From contig JASMGX010000004.1 in assembly GCA_030751095.1 (NCBI GenBank), positions 1-47,671 on the forward strand: a DNA stretch of 47,671 bases. Direction: 5' to 3'. Source of the DNA: Pirellulales bacterium (GTDB lineage Bacteria > Planctomycetota > Planctomycetia > Pirellulales > UBA7805). The stretch's first letter is position 1, and each line of letters opens with the position of its first letter. Below are positions 28,808 through 36,862 of this stretch, in pieces. The notes under the pieces are model-generated. The model ran no database searches. It saw only the letters and a program-made list of their open reading frames with translations, and had not been told where the DNA came from. A program made the position numbers and the translations under genes.

Positions 28808-29032
28808 ATGATGAGCCAACACAAGAACCATCACTCCAAGCACGACAAGAAACACGCACATCATGGCCCGAAGAAGGGCAAGGGATTCCACAAGGACTGG
28901 AAAACATGGACCGTGATCATCCTGATGTTGGCTTCCATGCTGGTGTATGTCCTAAGCTTTGATGAAGCCGATCCACAGAATATTGGGGGACCGGTTGGAA
29001 CGCAGGGCGAAATGCCCGCTGCCGCAGAATAG
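28808..29032 (+). CDS. Small His/Lys-rich single-TM protein
   Basis: The protein is MMSQHKNHHSKHDKKHAHHGPKKGKGFHKDWKTWTVIILMLASMLVYVLSF, followed by an acidic tail. There are 8 His in the first 28 residues. I recognise no family. Confidence 0.55.
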   Translation: MMSQHKNHHSKHDKKHAHHGPKKGKGFHKDWKTWTVIILMLASMLVYVLSFDEADPQNIGGPVGTQGEMPAAAE

Positions 29033-29050
29033 AAACCGGGAGAAACACTC

Positions 29051-29320
29051 ATGGATTCCGGAGGACTCTACTGGGAACAGATCGCGATCCTGCTGGGAAT
29101 CGCGATTGCCGTTGGCTGGCTTGCCGGCGTGATCACCCGGGGTGGCGGTTTTGGCGTTCTGGGCGATATCGCCATCGCCATCTGCGGTGCGTTTGCAGGA
29201 GCTTTTCTCTTTAACCTGGTGGGAATTGAGGTGCCTGCGGGCTACCTGGGGCTTTTCATCAAGGCCACCGCGGGGGCGGTCGTACTGCTGCTTTTGATCC
29301 GGCTCATCAAGCGCATTTGA
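29051..29320 (+). CDS. GlsB/YeaQ/YmgE-family stress membrane protein
   Basis: This 89-aa protein reads GWLAGVITRGGGFGVLGDIAIAICGAFAGAFLFNLVG, a typical transglycosylase-associated/YeaQ pattern. Confidence 0.8.
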   Translation: MDSGGLYWEQIAILLGIAIAVGWLAGVITRGGGFGVLGDIAIAICGAFAGAFLFNLVGIEVPAGYLGLFIKATAGAVVLLLLIRLIKRI

Positions 29321-29364
29321 GACGGCGACAGGAGAGACGGCGACAGGAGAGCCGGCACGATCTC

Positions 29365-30417
29365 TCAGCGGACAAACTCAATCGGAACGGCCAGGTTTGT
29401 CAGCCAGGCTGCGAGGAAAAACATCGCAAAGGATGCCGCTACGAAAAGGGCCATCGTCAGCAACGAGAGTTGGCCCATCTGATGCCCTGCGGCGTCGTCA
29501 CTCTCTGCTACTCCGGCCCCATGCCCTTCGTGGCTGATTTGCCCTTCGTGACTGGGAGGTCCTTCGTGGCTGGGAGGTCCTTCGTGGCTGGGAGGTCCTT
29601 CGTGGCTGGGTTGCCCTTCGTGACTGGGTTGCCCTTCGTGACTGGGTTTTTCTTCATGAATGTGTTGTCCCTCATGCCCATGCTCAGCGGCCGGTCCGGA
29701 CAGATGGCCCGCGTGCTCTCCCGCGGCCTCACCAGAGCGAAGGCCTCTGAACGGATCGTCCGGGCCGATCGTCATGCAGCCATGTTTGAGCCCCTTGCGG
29801 ACGAGAGCATAGTTGACCGGATAGGCGGTCAGACCACCCACGATGGTCGCCATGCTCATCACAAACCAAAATTTTCCCGTCAACGGTCCCCCAACGTCGG
29901 GAAGCAGAAAGTGATTTAAGAGCAGCATCGCGGGGATCATGCCGAGCATGACCATGTTCATGGAGACCGTCTCGGCAAAAATCGTCTTGCGGACCGCAAG
30001 CCGATAATTCCCCTCGTACATGTTTCGCATCATCAACGCCTGAAAGATAAACAGGCCCACGGCATACCCGGCCACATATTCAATTACAAGATCGATGCCA
30101 TTTGCAAATCTGAAAACAGGAACGATCGCGGCGGCTATAAAAATGCCCGTTGCATCGCCGGCCAGACAATGCATCTCGCTGTTGACCCCTTGCTTCCAGG
30201 TCGCCCGGGTGTAGGTGTCATGTTTGCCCGGACCGGGGCTGCGGCAGGTGAGAAAGTAGACCAAAAGTCCAACCGGACCGGTGTAGGCAACCACGAGAAT
30301 CCAGGCCAGTTTCTGTACCCAGCTTACCGGCAGGCGCACCAGGGCATCGTAGAGGACTGTGAGTAGCGAAATCCCGACGAGCACAAACCAGATTGTGACG
30401 ATGAGAGGAAACATCAC
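29365..30417 (-). CDS. DUF4396-like multi-TM protein with a His-rich hexapeptide repeat insert
   Basis: This is a multi-pass membrane protein with MHCLAGDATGIF (a DUF4396-like HC..G motif). Residues ~250-300 read HEEKPSHEGQPSHEGQPSHEGPPSHEGPPSHEGPPSHEGQISHEGHG, and a final TM helix follows. The family call is from memory of the motif only. Confidence 0.7.
   Translation of the reverse strand: MMFPLIVTIWFVLVGISLLTVLYDALVRLPVSWVQKLAWILVVAYTGPVGLLVYFLTCRSPGPGKHDTYTRATWKQGVNSEMHCLAGDATGIFIAAAIVPVFRFANGIDLVIEYVAGYAVGLFIFQALMMRNMYEGNYRLAVRKTIFAETVSMNMVMLGMIPAMLLLNHFLLPDVGGPLTGKFWFVMSMATIVGGLTAYPVNYALVRKGLKHGCMTIGPDDPFRGLRSGEAAGEHAGHLSGPAAEHGHEGQHIHEEKPSHEGQPSHEGQPSHEGPPSHEGPPSHEGPPSHEGQISHEGHGAGVAESDDAAGHQMGQLSLLTMALFVAASFAMFFLAAWLTNLAVPIEFVR
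29524..29649. repeat. In-frame 18-bp tandem repeat x7 (plus one degenerate copy to 29667), encoding (PSHEGx)n on the minus strand
   Basis: The plus-strand units are CCCTTCGTGGCTGATTTG, CCCTTCGTGACTGGGAGG, TCCTTCGTGGCTGGGAGG x2, TCCTTCGTGGCTGGGTTG, CCCTTCGTGACTGGGTTG and CCCTTCGTGACTGGGTTT. Confidence 0.9.
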
Positions 30418-30581
30418 CAGCGCTCCGCTTCATAGAAAGATTGGCCAATGCCGGCGGTTGCCGACAATGCTTTTCTAACATCCTGATCGGATACCATCAA
30501 GCAACCGAGAATACGGTCGACAGGATCTTTCCGGAAGAAAAAGAACAAACAGCCTTTCTTTTTTCCAGTTGCAGATCCGAC

Positions 30582-31721
30582 TCAGATGCGGTCGAGTCGG
30601 TCGCGGTCTTGAGGAGAGTGGGGCTTGGGAGGCTTTGGGGGCTGCGGACCACTCGGCTTTTGCCTGCTCTCTTTAGGATCCTTAATCCAGCGAATTTTGG
30701 ATGCGGCTGCCAGACCGACTTCCTTCACGAACTGCTGCTCGCCCCTTAAGAGCAAAAGGCGGACGGTATTCCCCGCAAAAAGCGGTTTGATCTGGTACTT
30801 GAACTCCACAATATTTGCCACCGGCTGCCGATTGACCGCGACGATGGTATCCCCAACGCGCAACCCGCTCGCTGCGGCTGGGGAATCGGGATGGACAGCC
30901 TGCACTTGGGGCGGAATTCCGAACAGATTGCTATCTTTCTTCAAACTGATCCCCAAAAAACCGGGCCGCAAAATTTCGCCCGTTTTCAGACGCGGCAGCA
31001 CCTGCTGGAGGTAGGTATGCGGAATGGCAAACCCAATCCCCGAGTCGTACCATTCGGCGCCCGCCACATTTCCATCCCGCTCGGGCGAAAGAGGTACCAA
31101 CAGTCCCATCACGCGGCCATGAATATCGACCAGCGGTCCCCCATAATTGTTCGGAGAGATTTTGGCATCGGTCTGAATCGCTTTGTCCCAAATCCGATCG
31201 ACGGCACTGACGATGCCCACCGAAAGATTGACCTGCTCGGCATCGAGCGTGCGGCCTATCGCCAAGGCCCAGGCGCCGGGAACGGCAGAACCGGCCTCTG
31301 CCCACTCGGGCATCATCAACGGCGGGGTCCCCTGAGGAAGATCCACTTTCAAAAGTACCAAGCCGCGACTTTCGTCCGCGCCGAGCAAACGTGCCGGCAG
31401 ATTCAAGCCACCGGGCAATTGGACCAGGATCGAGGTTGGCCGCCGGGCAAAGTTGTAACGGCTTGAGACGATCAGCCCCTCCGGCGAGACAACCAGTCCG
31501 GTACAGGGCCCTTTTCCGAGCGACACACCTCCGACCCGATCGCTCCCACCCACACATTGGATCCGGACCACAGAATCGGCCACCTGCGCGGCCGCAGCCT
31601 GCATCGCCTGCTGCTCGAGATGCGCCAGATCGTTACCCGATGCCCGCGGCAGGGGGGAGGACAAACCGGTTGCAACTGCCAGTGCAAAGAGAGGGGCCGC
31701 AAAAAACTGCTTTTTGTTCAT
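30582..31721 (-). CDS. HtrA-like pseudo-protease with a PDZ-like domain (all three triad residues replaced)
   Basis: The signal peptide is MNKKQFFAAPLFALAVATG. The S1C fold motifs are kept but the triad positions read GLIVSSRYNF (His to Tyr), RGLVLLKV (Asp to Gly) and IQTDAKISPNNYGGPLVD (Ser to Tyr). A PDZ-like segment is GLRVGDTIVAVN. The C-terminal tail is Pro/Lys-rich. Confidence 0.85.
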   Translation of the reverse strand: MNKKQFFAAPLFALAVATGLSSPLPRASGNDLAHLEQQAMQAAAAQVADSVVRIQCVGGSDRVGGVSLGKGPCTGLVVSPEGLIVSSRYNFARRPTSILVQLPGGLNLPARLLGADESRGLVLLKVDLPQGTPPLMMPEWAEAGSAVPGAWALAIGRTLDAEQVNLSVGIVSAVDRIWDKAIQTDAKISPNNYGGPLVDIHGRVMGLLVPLSPERDGNVAGAEWYDSGIGFAIPHTYLQQVLPRLKTGEILRPGFLGISLKKDSNLFGIPPQVQAVHPDSPAAASGLRVGDTIVAVNRQPVANIVEFKYQIKPLFAGNTVRLLLLRGEQQFVKEVGLAAASKIRWIKDPKESRQKPSGPQPPKPPKPHSPQDRDRLDRI

Positions 31722-32776
31722 CGAATCGCTTCTCCGGGCGGCAACGTACGAAGCTCAATAGTCACAAGCTCTTCACCGCGACGGATGAGCAGGGGCAGCA
31801 ACTGTCCACGCTCGAATTTTTCACAGCGACTTTTGACATCCTTGATCGACTGGACCAAGGTGTCTCCGACAAACAAGATCAGGTCATCCTTTCGAAGCCC
31901 TGCCTCCGCTGCGGATGAGATGTCTCGCACCGAATCGATGTACGGGGGCGTGCTGTCGATGACATCCGGAACGAGCACGACTCCCAGTCCGGTAAGATCG
32001 ACCGGATGCCGCACAGGAATGGCGACCTCTTCGCGGGGCCTCTGCGGCTCTCCGGCAATGATCGCAGCCGTCGCGTCGCGAAGTGCCGCGATAGGCAACG
32101 CATAATTGAGCCAGGTATTGTCCTGGCGATTTCTCAATTCTTTGCCCAACATCCCGAGCAAAGTACCGTCAATCGTCGTCAGCGCTCCACCAGCAGCTCC
32201 AGGATTGTTGGTGAGCGCATCGGTCACATACACCCTGCCATTAAACTGGGTCTGAAACACTCCTTTACGAGCTTTCAGATAAGGTACGGCCGAAACCACT
32301 CCTCGCTGCACGCTTGTCGGCTCGTCCCCGGTGGCCACCGAGAAAAGATTACTAAAGGCGAGCACTCGGGTCCCCACATCTGCTTCGAGAGATTGCGATA
32401 GCTGAAAAAAAGGCAGATTCTCTTCATCGATTTTCAAAATGGCAATTTCCAGCCAGGGATCGACCCCTAAGATTTCTGCATCAAATCTTCGTCCGTCATT
32501 GAGCGTTACCGTTGGTGCATCCGTATCAAGAACGTAACTCCAAACGGTGAGAACATGTCCCTCGGAGGAAATGAGAAAACCGCTCTGATACGCCTCCAGG
32601 CCTCGAAAACCGCCCGCCCCGTAAATTTTAACGAGTTTTGGCTGGACGCGATCGATACTGCTTGCAAACGATGGCAATTTCCCCATGGCCATTGCCGACC
32701 GCATCACCGCCTCCGGCGGGCTTAGAACTGCAAAGAGCAGACAGACGAGGGTAAAGAATCGGGACGAGAGGTTCAT
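31718..32776 (-). CDS. HtrA-like pseudo-protease with a PDZ-like domain (triad replaced)
   Basis: The signal peptide is MNLSSRFFTLVCLLFAVLS. The triad positions read GHVLTVWSYV (His to Ser), WLEIAILKI (Asp to Glu) and DALTNNPGAAGGALTT (Ser to Ala). A PDZ-like segment is GLRKDDLILFVGD. ATGA overlaps are present at both ends. Confidence 0.85.
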   Translation of the reverse strand: MNLSSRFFTLVCLLFAVLSPPEAVMRSAMAMGKLPSFASSIDRVQPKLVKIYGAGGFRGLEAYQSGFLISSEGHVLTVWSYVLDTDAPTVTLNDGRRFDAEILGVDPWLEIAILKIDEENLPFFQLSQSLEADVGTRVLAFSNLFSVATGDEPTSVQRGVVSAVPYLKARKGVFQTQFNGRVYVTDALTNNPGAAGGALTTIDGTLLGMLGKELRNRQDNTWLNYALPIAALRDATAAIIAGEPQRPREEVAIPVRHPVDLTGLGVVLVPDVIDSTPPYIDSVRDISSAAEAGLRKDDLILFVGDTLVQSIKDVKSRCEKFERGQLLPLLIRRGEELVTIELRTLPPGEAIR

Positions 32777-34542
32777 TCTTTTTCCGCTTCTTTAAATGCA
32801 AACGATGAAATACGAAAGACGCCGTAGCGCCGCATCGCATAGAGAACCTCAAAGCGATGTGGCAAAGACAAACCATCGACTTCACGATAATCACCGAAGT
32901 ATATTTCACACGGATCGACGCCATCGTCGGGAAACATCTCGAGGGCCAGAAGTTGCCCGCTGTCGGGATCGAACATGAAATGGACTTCGACACCCGCATG
33001 CATCCCTATCAACAGATCAACCTGGTGCGCGTGCCCATGCAGGGGTACCGTTCCGATGTATTCCACTTTCCCAAAATCATCGACGCCTCCTAGAAAGAGT
33101 CGTTGCCAGAGATGCAGCGCCAGCAGCAGCCCCCCGGTTGCGGGCGGGTCAAGAACCTCACTCAACTCGTCGGTAAAATCTGCTCGACCTTGATAAAACG
33201 GTAATTCGGCCGACCCCACCTTCGGACCCAATACGATCCGCATCGGTCCCTCACCGACGTCCGATTGAATATCTCCGGTAAGAACCCAACTGTCCTTTTG
33301 CTCGTGCGGGTCCCAACCGCGACGGACCGCATCGGCAAGCCGTTGGATGTGACGACGATTGAAGTAATAGTTGGCAAAACCCTTCTTCTGCTCATAATGC
33401 TGCTTCACAACAGCAGGCGCCTTTTTTAGCTTGTCAATGGATTTGTTCGGATGTTTTGGAGGGGGCGTTTTCTGATCCTTTTTAGGTCGCCGGCCATCCG
33501 GTCGTCGTGGCGGAGCACCCGGTTTTCCTGAAATTTTTTCTGCCAACTCACCCGCGCCGTGCACACCACCGAGTCGCACGAGCACTTCATACATTTCACC
33601 ATCTCGACGATAGACCAAGGGAACCCGCCAAAGCCGCGGAAGTGTACCGAGCACGTTTTTCAGAGCATTGACACTTCGAATTGGACGGCCTGCCAACTTG
33701 ACGACCTCATCATCGAGACGGAGTCCCCGCCGATAGGCGTCGCTATTTTCAAGAATATCGCTCACAACAACACGGCCTTCCTCGTCACTGGCAACAACCG
33801 CACCGAGTGTTGCGTGATCTACAATCCGCCCACTACGCAAATAGCCGAGAAAGTTTTTGATCTGATTGATCGAAATGGCATATCCAACACCTACATTTAC
33901 CCGTCCTCTCTTTTCAAAAGAGCCGCGGCCATTGATACCGATCAACGTACCACGACCATCAAAAAGAGGGCCTCCGGAATTCCCCGGATTAATCGCCGCA
34001 TCTGTCTGCAGACAATCGGTATACTCCAACAGCGTCCCGGCGGGATATTGGTAACGATGCACTCCGGAAATAATGCCATAAGAGACACTCGGTACAAAGT
34101 CGGTCGCCAGCAAGAATGGATTGCCAATGACATAGACCCAATCGCCTGCGCGGACCTTGTCACTATCACCCAGTGTGGCAGCAGGGAAATCATCGCGACC
34201 AAATAATTTGATCAGTGCGACATCGCCTGTGGGATCCACGCCGACAAGCACCGCATCGTAAAGTTTGCCATCGTTCATGCCGCACTTCATCGCAGCACCC
34301 GATGGCGCCGTCACGTGAAAATTTGTGAGGGCATATCCGTCCGGAGAAATGATGACTCCAGAACCGCCGCCACCACCATCGGGACCGAATACTGCAAGAG
34401 TGGAATCGGATGCCGCAGCGACAACGGCAACCCGCGCTGCCTGCGCACCAAGAACAGCGGCCGGCACCTCTGCGGAAAGCACCTCTGTAGCTGCTACCAA
34501 CAGCCATATCCCAACATTCCACATGAGGATGGGGCGATTCAT
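32773..34542 (-). CDS. HtrA-family serine protease (intact triad) with a PDZ-like domain and a ~240-aa C-terminal extension of unknown type
   Basis: The signal peptide is MNRPILMWNVGIWLLVAATEVLSA. The triad context is GSGVIISPDGYALTNFHV, DVALIKL and TDAAINPGNSGGPLFDGRGTLIGING. A PDZ-like segment is GLRLDDEVVKLAG, followed by a basic Pro-rich linker and then an unrecognised domain. Confidence 0.9.
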   Translation of the reverse strand: MNRPILMWNVGIWLLVAATEVLSAEVPAAVLGAQAARVAVVAAASDSTLAVFGPDGGGGGSGVIISPDGYALTNFHVTAPSGAAMKCGMNDGKLYDAVLVGVDPTGDVALIKLFGRDDFPAATLGDSDKVRAGDWVYVIGNPFLLATDFVPSVSYGIISGVHRYQYPAGTLLEYTDCLQTDAAINPGNSGGPLFDGRGTLIGINGRGSFEKRGRVNVGVGYAISINQIKNFLGYLRSGRIVDHATLGAVVASDEEGRVVVSDILENSDAYRRGLRLDDEVVKLAGRPIRSVNALKNVLGTLPRLWRVPLVYRRDGEMYEVLVRLGGVHGAGELAEKISGKPGAPPRRPDGRRPKKDQKTPPPKHPNKSIDKLKKAPAVVKQHYEQKKGFANYYFNRRHIQRLADAVRRGWDPHEQKDSWVLTGDIQSDVGEGPMRIVLGPKVGSAELPFYQGRADFTDELSEVLDPPATGGLLLALHLWQRLFLGGVDDFGKVEYIGTVPLHGHAHQVDLLIGMHAGVEVHFMFDPDSGQLLALEMFPDDGVDPCEIYFGDYREVDGLSLPHRFEVLYAMRRYGVFRISSFAFKEAEKE

Positions 34543-35774
34543 TTGATGAGCCTGGCGTTACAAAGGTTGAGATGGTCGCCCACATCCTGATTTTCGCCGT
34601 AATCCACGAACAATTCCAGCAGACGAACGCCCGTGAGATCGACCGAGATGTCGCGCGGTCCGTCACGGCCACTCACCTCTGTGGCAAATAACTGTTCGCG
34701 ATCACCATAGATAACAAGCCGCACATGTCCCGATTGACGGTTCGCCGCATCAATTCCAGCGCGAGCGCGAAAATACCGAACACCCACCGGCAAATCGTAG
34801 GCGATCCGCGTTCGACTGTGCAGCGAAATTCCTCGATCGTACGACTCGATGCTCGCAGCGGCACCACTACCGCTGGCAATTCGCAACTGGCCGTTATCGT
34901 ATCGGGCCCGCCGAAGCGATAGAGCGCGATCTTTTTTAGGTCGGTAAAATCGCTCCAACAGATTTCCGAGCCCCTGCAATTCAATATAGGGTGTCCATGC
35001 GACAGAGACCGGCTCCAGTTGAGACAAATAGACGATTTTTTCGGATGAGAAATCAAGTTTCTTGATCTGGTTGTAGCGATACTGCACCGAAATCCCGCAT
35101 GGAGTCTGCACCCGTATCTCTTCTGGTCCCGCGGAAAACTCGGCCACCTCGAGAAGCGATCCATCGACCGCCATCAACTGCATGATCGCCGGTCGTTGTT
35201 CAGGCCCTCTGCGGTGGCCATAGAGGATGCCTGCAAGCTTGCCGATTCCGACAGGGATGACCTCTCCATCGAGCTCAAATTCGACTGTCTGTTGATTGAC
35301 CTTCTCAATGATGCCATCGAGGTAGTCGAGCTTATCCTGTCTGCGGATTGCAATCCGGTCTGTCCGGTCACCCTCCAGACGGATTCGGTCCCAGGCAGCG
35401 GTCTGTGCAGCATTGTGTTTTCCGAATCGAACGGCACGGACCGTGCGAAGCGGCACATCCAACGCACGACCGTTGGTGAACCGGATGCGGGCATCGTCAC
35501 CAGATGTTTCGTAAAAAGTCGTTGCCAGCCGGGAACCATCGACCAGTCGCAGCCAAGCGGTCGCAGGGTTCGTTGGAATCTTTTCGTCGGCAGAAAACTC
35601 GATGTTCTGCAGTTCCGACAACGGCATCTCGCGCAGGCCCTCTTCTGTCTCTAAGGCAACGATTCCATCGCGAATCGAAACGAGGCTGCCATGGGCCACG
35701 GCACCGTCCATCGATTGCACACTGAGCGTTGGGGCTACAGCGGCAAAAATCAACATGGACAAAGATGCAATCAT
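34539..35774 (-). CDS. Secreted protein with a C-terminal NPCBM/NEW2-like domain
   Basis: The signal peptide is MIASLSMLIFAAVAPTLSVQS. The C-terminus ...GISLHSRTRIAYDLPVGVRYFRARAGIDAANRQSGHVRLVIYGDREQLFATEVSGRDGPRDISVDLTGVRLLELFVDYGENQDVGDHLNLCNARL resembles the NPCBM carbohydrate-binding-module layout. Confidence 0.75.
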   Translation of the reverse strand: MIASLSMLIFAAVAPTLSVQSMDGAVAHGSLVSIRDGIVALETEEGLREMPLSELQNIEFSADEKIPTNPATAWLRLVDGSRLATTFYETSGDDARIRFTNGRALDVPLRTVRAVRFGKHNAAQTAAWDRIRLEGDRTDRIAIRRQDKLDYLDGIIEKVNQQTVEFELDGEVIPVGIGKLAGILYGHRRGPEQRPAIMQLMAVDGSLLEVAEFSAGPEEIRVQTPCGISVQYRYNQIKKLDFSSEKIVYLSQLEPVSVAWTPYIELQGLGNLLERFYRPKKDRALSLRRARYDNGQLRIASGSGAAASIESYDRGISLHSRTRIAYDLPVGVRYFRARAGIDAANRQSGHVRLVIYGDREQLFATEVSGRDGPRDISVDLTGVRLLELFVDYGENQDVGDHLNLCNARLIK

Positions 35775-35795
35775 GAAAACACTTGTAGCAAAATA

Positions 35796-36836
35796 CTACT
35801 TCCTTTCTTTTGCCAACTCACGAAAATATTCCTCAATCACCTCCCGATAATGAGCGGGAAAATCGCGACTGATCTGCTGCATCGCCTCCTCGCGCTCTTT
35901 GGGAGGCAAGTCGCCCCAGTTGGCCGATTTGCCAAGATCGCGTTTTTGGACCTCTCCGCGGCCTTTCCCCCCCGCAGGAAGACTCTCCTGCATCGGCGCG
36001 GGAGATTGTCCGCCACCAAAAGCGACTTCGCTGCTCTGCGACTGTTTTTTCTCTTCCTCTTTGATCAATGTATCGAGCATCCGAATCACTTCATCTTCTT
36101 TCTCCTGCACACGCTCACCCGCTTGACCGTGACTGAGTCGCTGCTTTATATCTTTCATTCGTCGCGATATATCATCCAGAGAACCATCCTTTAATTGCAT
36201 CAGATCGCGTCGCATCAATCTCGCGAGAACTCGATAACGCTCTGGAAGATCACTTTCATGTTCCAGTAGGCGGTTGAGCTGAAAGAGTCCCTTCTTCGTC
36301 TCGATGGAGTGGTGATGAAGAACTCCCTGGTAAAACAAGAGTGCTGTCGGATCCAAGACATCGTCCGGCCCAAGGTCTTCGAGTTGCTGCTGCGCCTCGT
36401 CAAAGTATTGTGCCTGAGCAAGACTTCGCCCGAGAAGGAGACGAAGATTATTTCGGACAAGTGGTGCGATCTGCTCTCCATCGAGCCAGGTGCCAAGCGC
36501 CACCGTTTCCGGCGTTGCGCCTCGTCGACAGCTGACGATGAGCGACTCCGCTCGCCGATCGGCGAGTAGAATGATCGCCGCGACAGAATCAAGATCGCCT
36601 CGTTTGTCTCCGGGATCCACGTCGATCGACCAGAGACGGTCGACCTTACGACGTACTTCTACCGACACCTTCCGCTGTTGCAGCCATCGGTTCAGGCTCT
36701 GTTTGATCGCGGCGTCCGAAGGGATCCGCCATGTTGGCGTTTTTTCAGACGCCCCAAGGGTGATCCGGCTCTGGCATGCAATGAGCATAAACCATGAAAC
36801 AATCACCAACACATTAAAGACCGTTTTTGTTTTCAT
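35796..36836 (-). CDS. Hypothetical lipoprotein (helical, TPR-like middle, charged C-terminus)
   Basis: The ATG at 36836 gives MKTKTVFNVLVIVSWFMLIAC (lipobox-like). An upstream TTG at 36866 would overlap the preceding stop (TTGA). The C-terminus reads WGDLPPKEREEAMQQISRDFPAHYREVIEEYFRELAKERK. I recognise no family. Confidence 0.7.
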   Translation of the reverse strand: MKTKTVFNVLVIVSWFMLIACQSRITLGASEKTPTWRIPSDAAIKQSLNRWLQQRKVSVEVRRKVDRLWSIDVDPGDKRGDLDSVAAIILLADRRAESLIVSCRRGATPETVALGTWLDGEQIAPLVRNNLRLLLGRSLAQAQYFDEAQQQLEDLGPDDVLDPTALLFYQGVLHHHSIETKKGLFQLNRLLEHESDLPERYRVLARLMRRDLMQLKDGSLDDISRRMKDIKQRLSHGQAGERVQEKEDEVIRMLDTLIKEEEKKQSQSSEVAFGGGQSPAPMQESLPAGGKGRGEVQKRDLGKSANWGDLPPKEREEAMQQISRDFPAHYREVIEEYFRELAKERK

Positions 36837-36862
36837 GTCATTATCCGAAGCAGCACCAGCGT

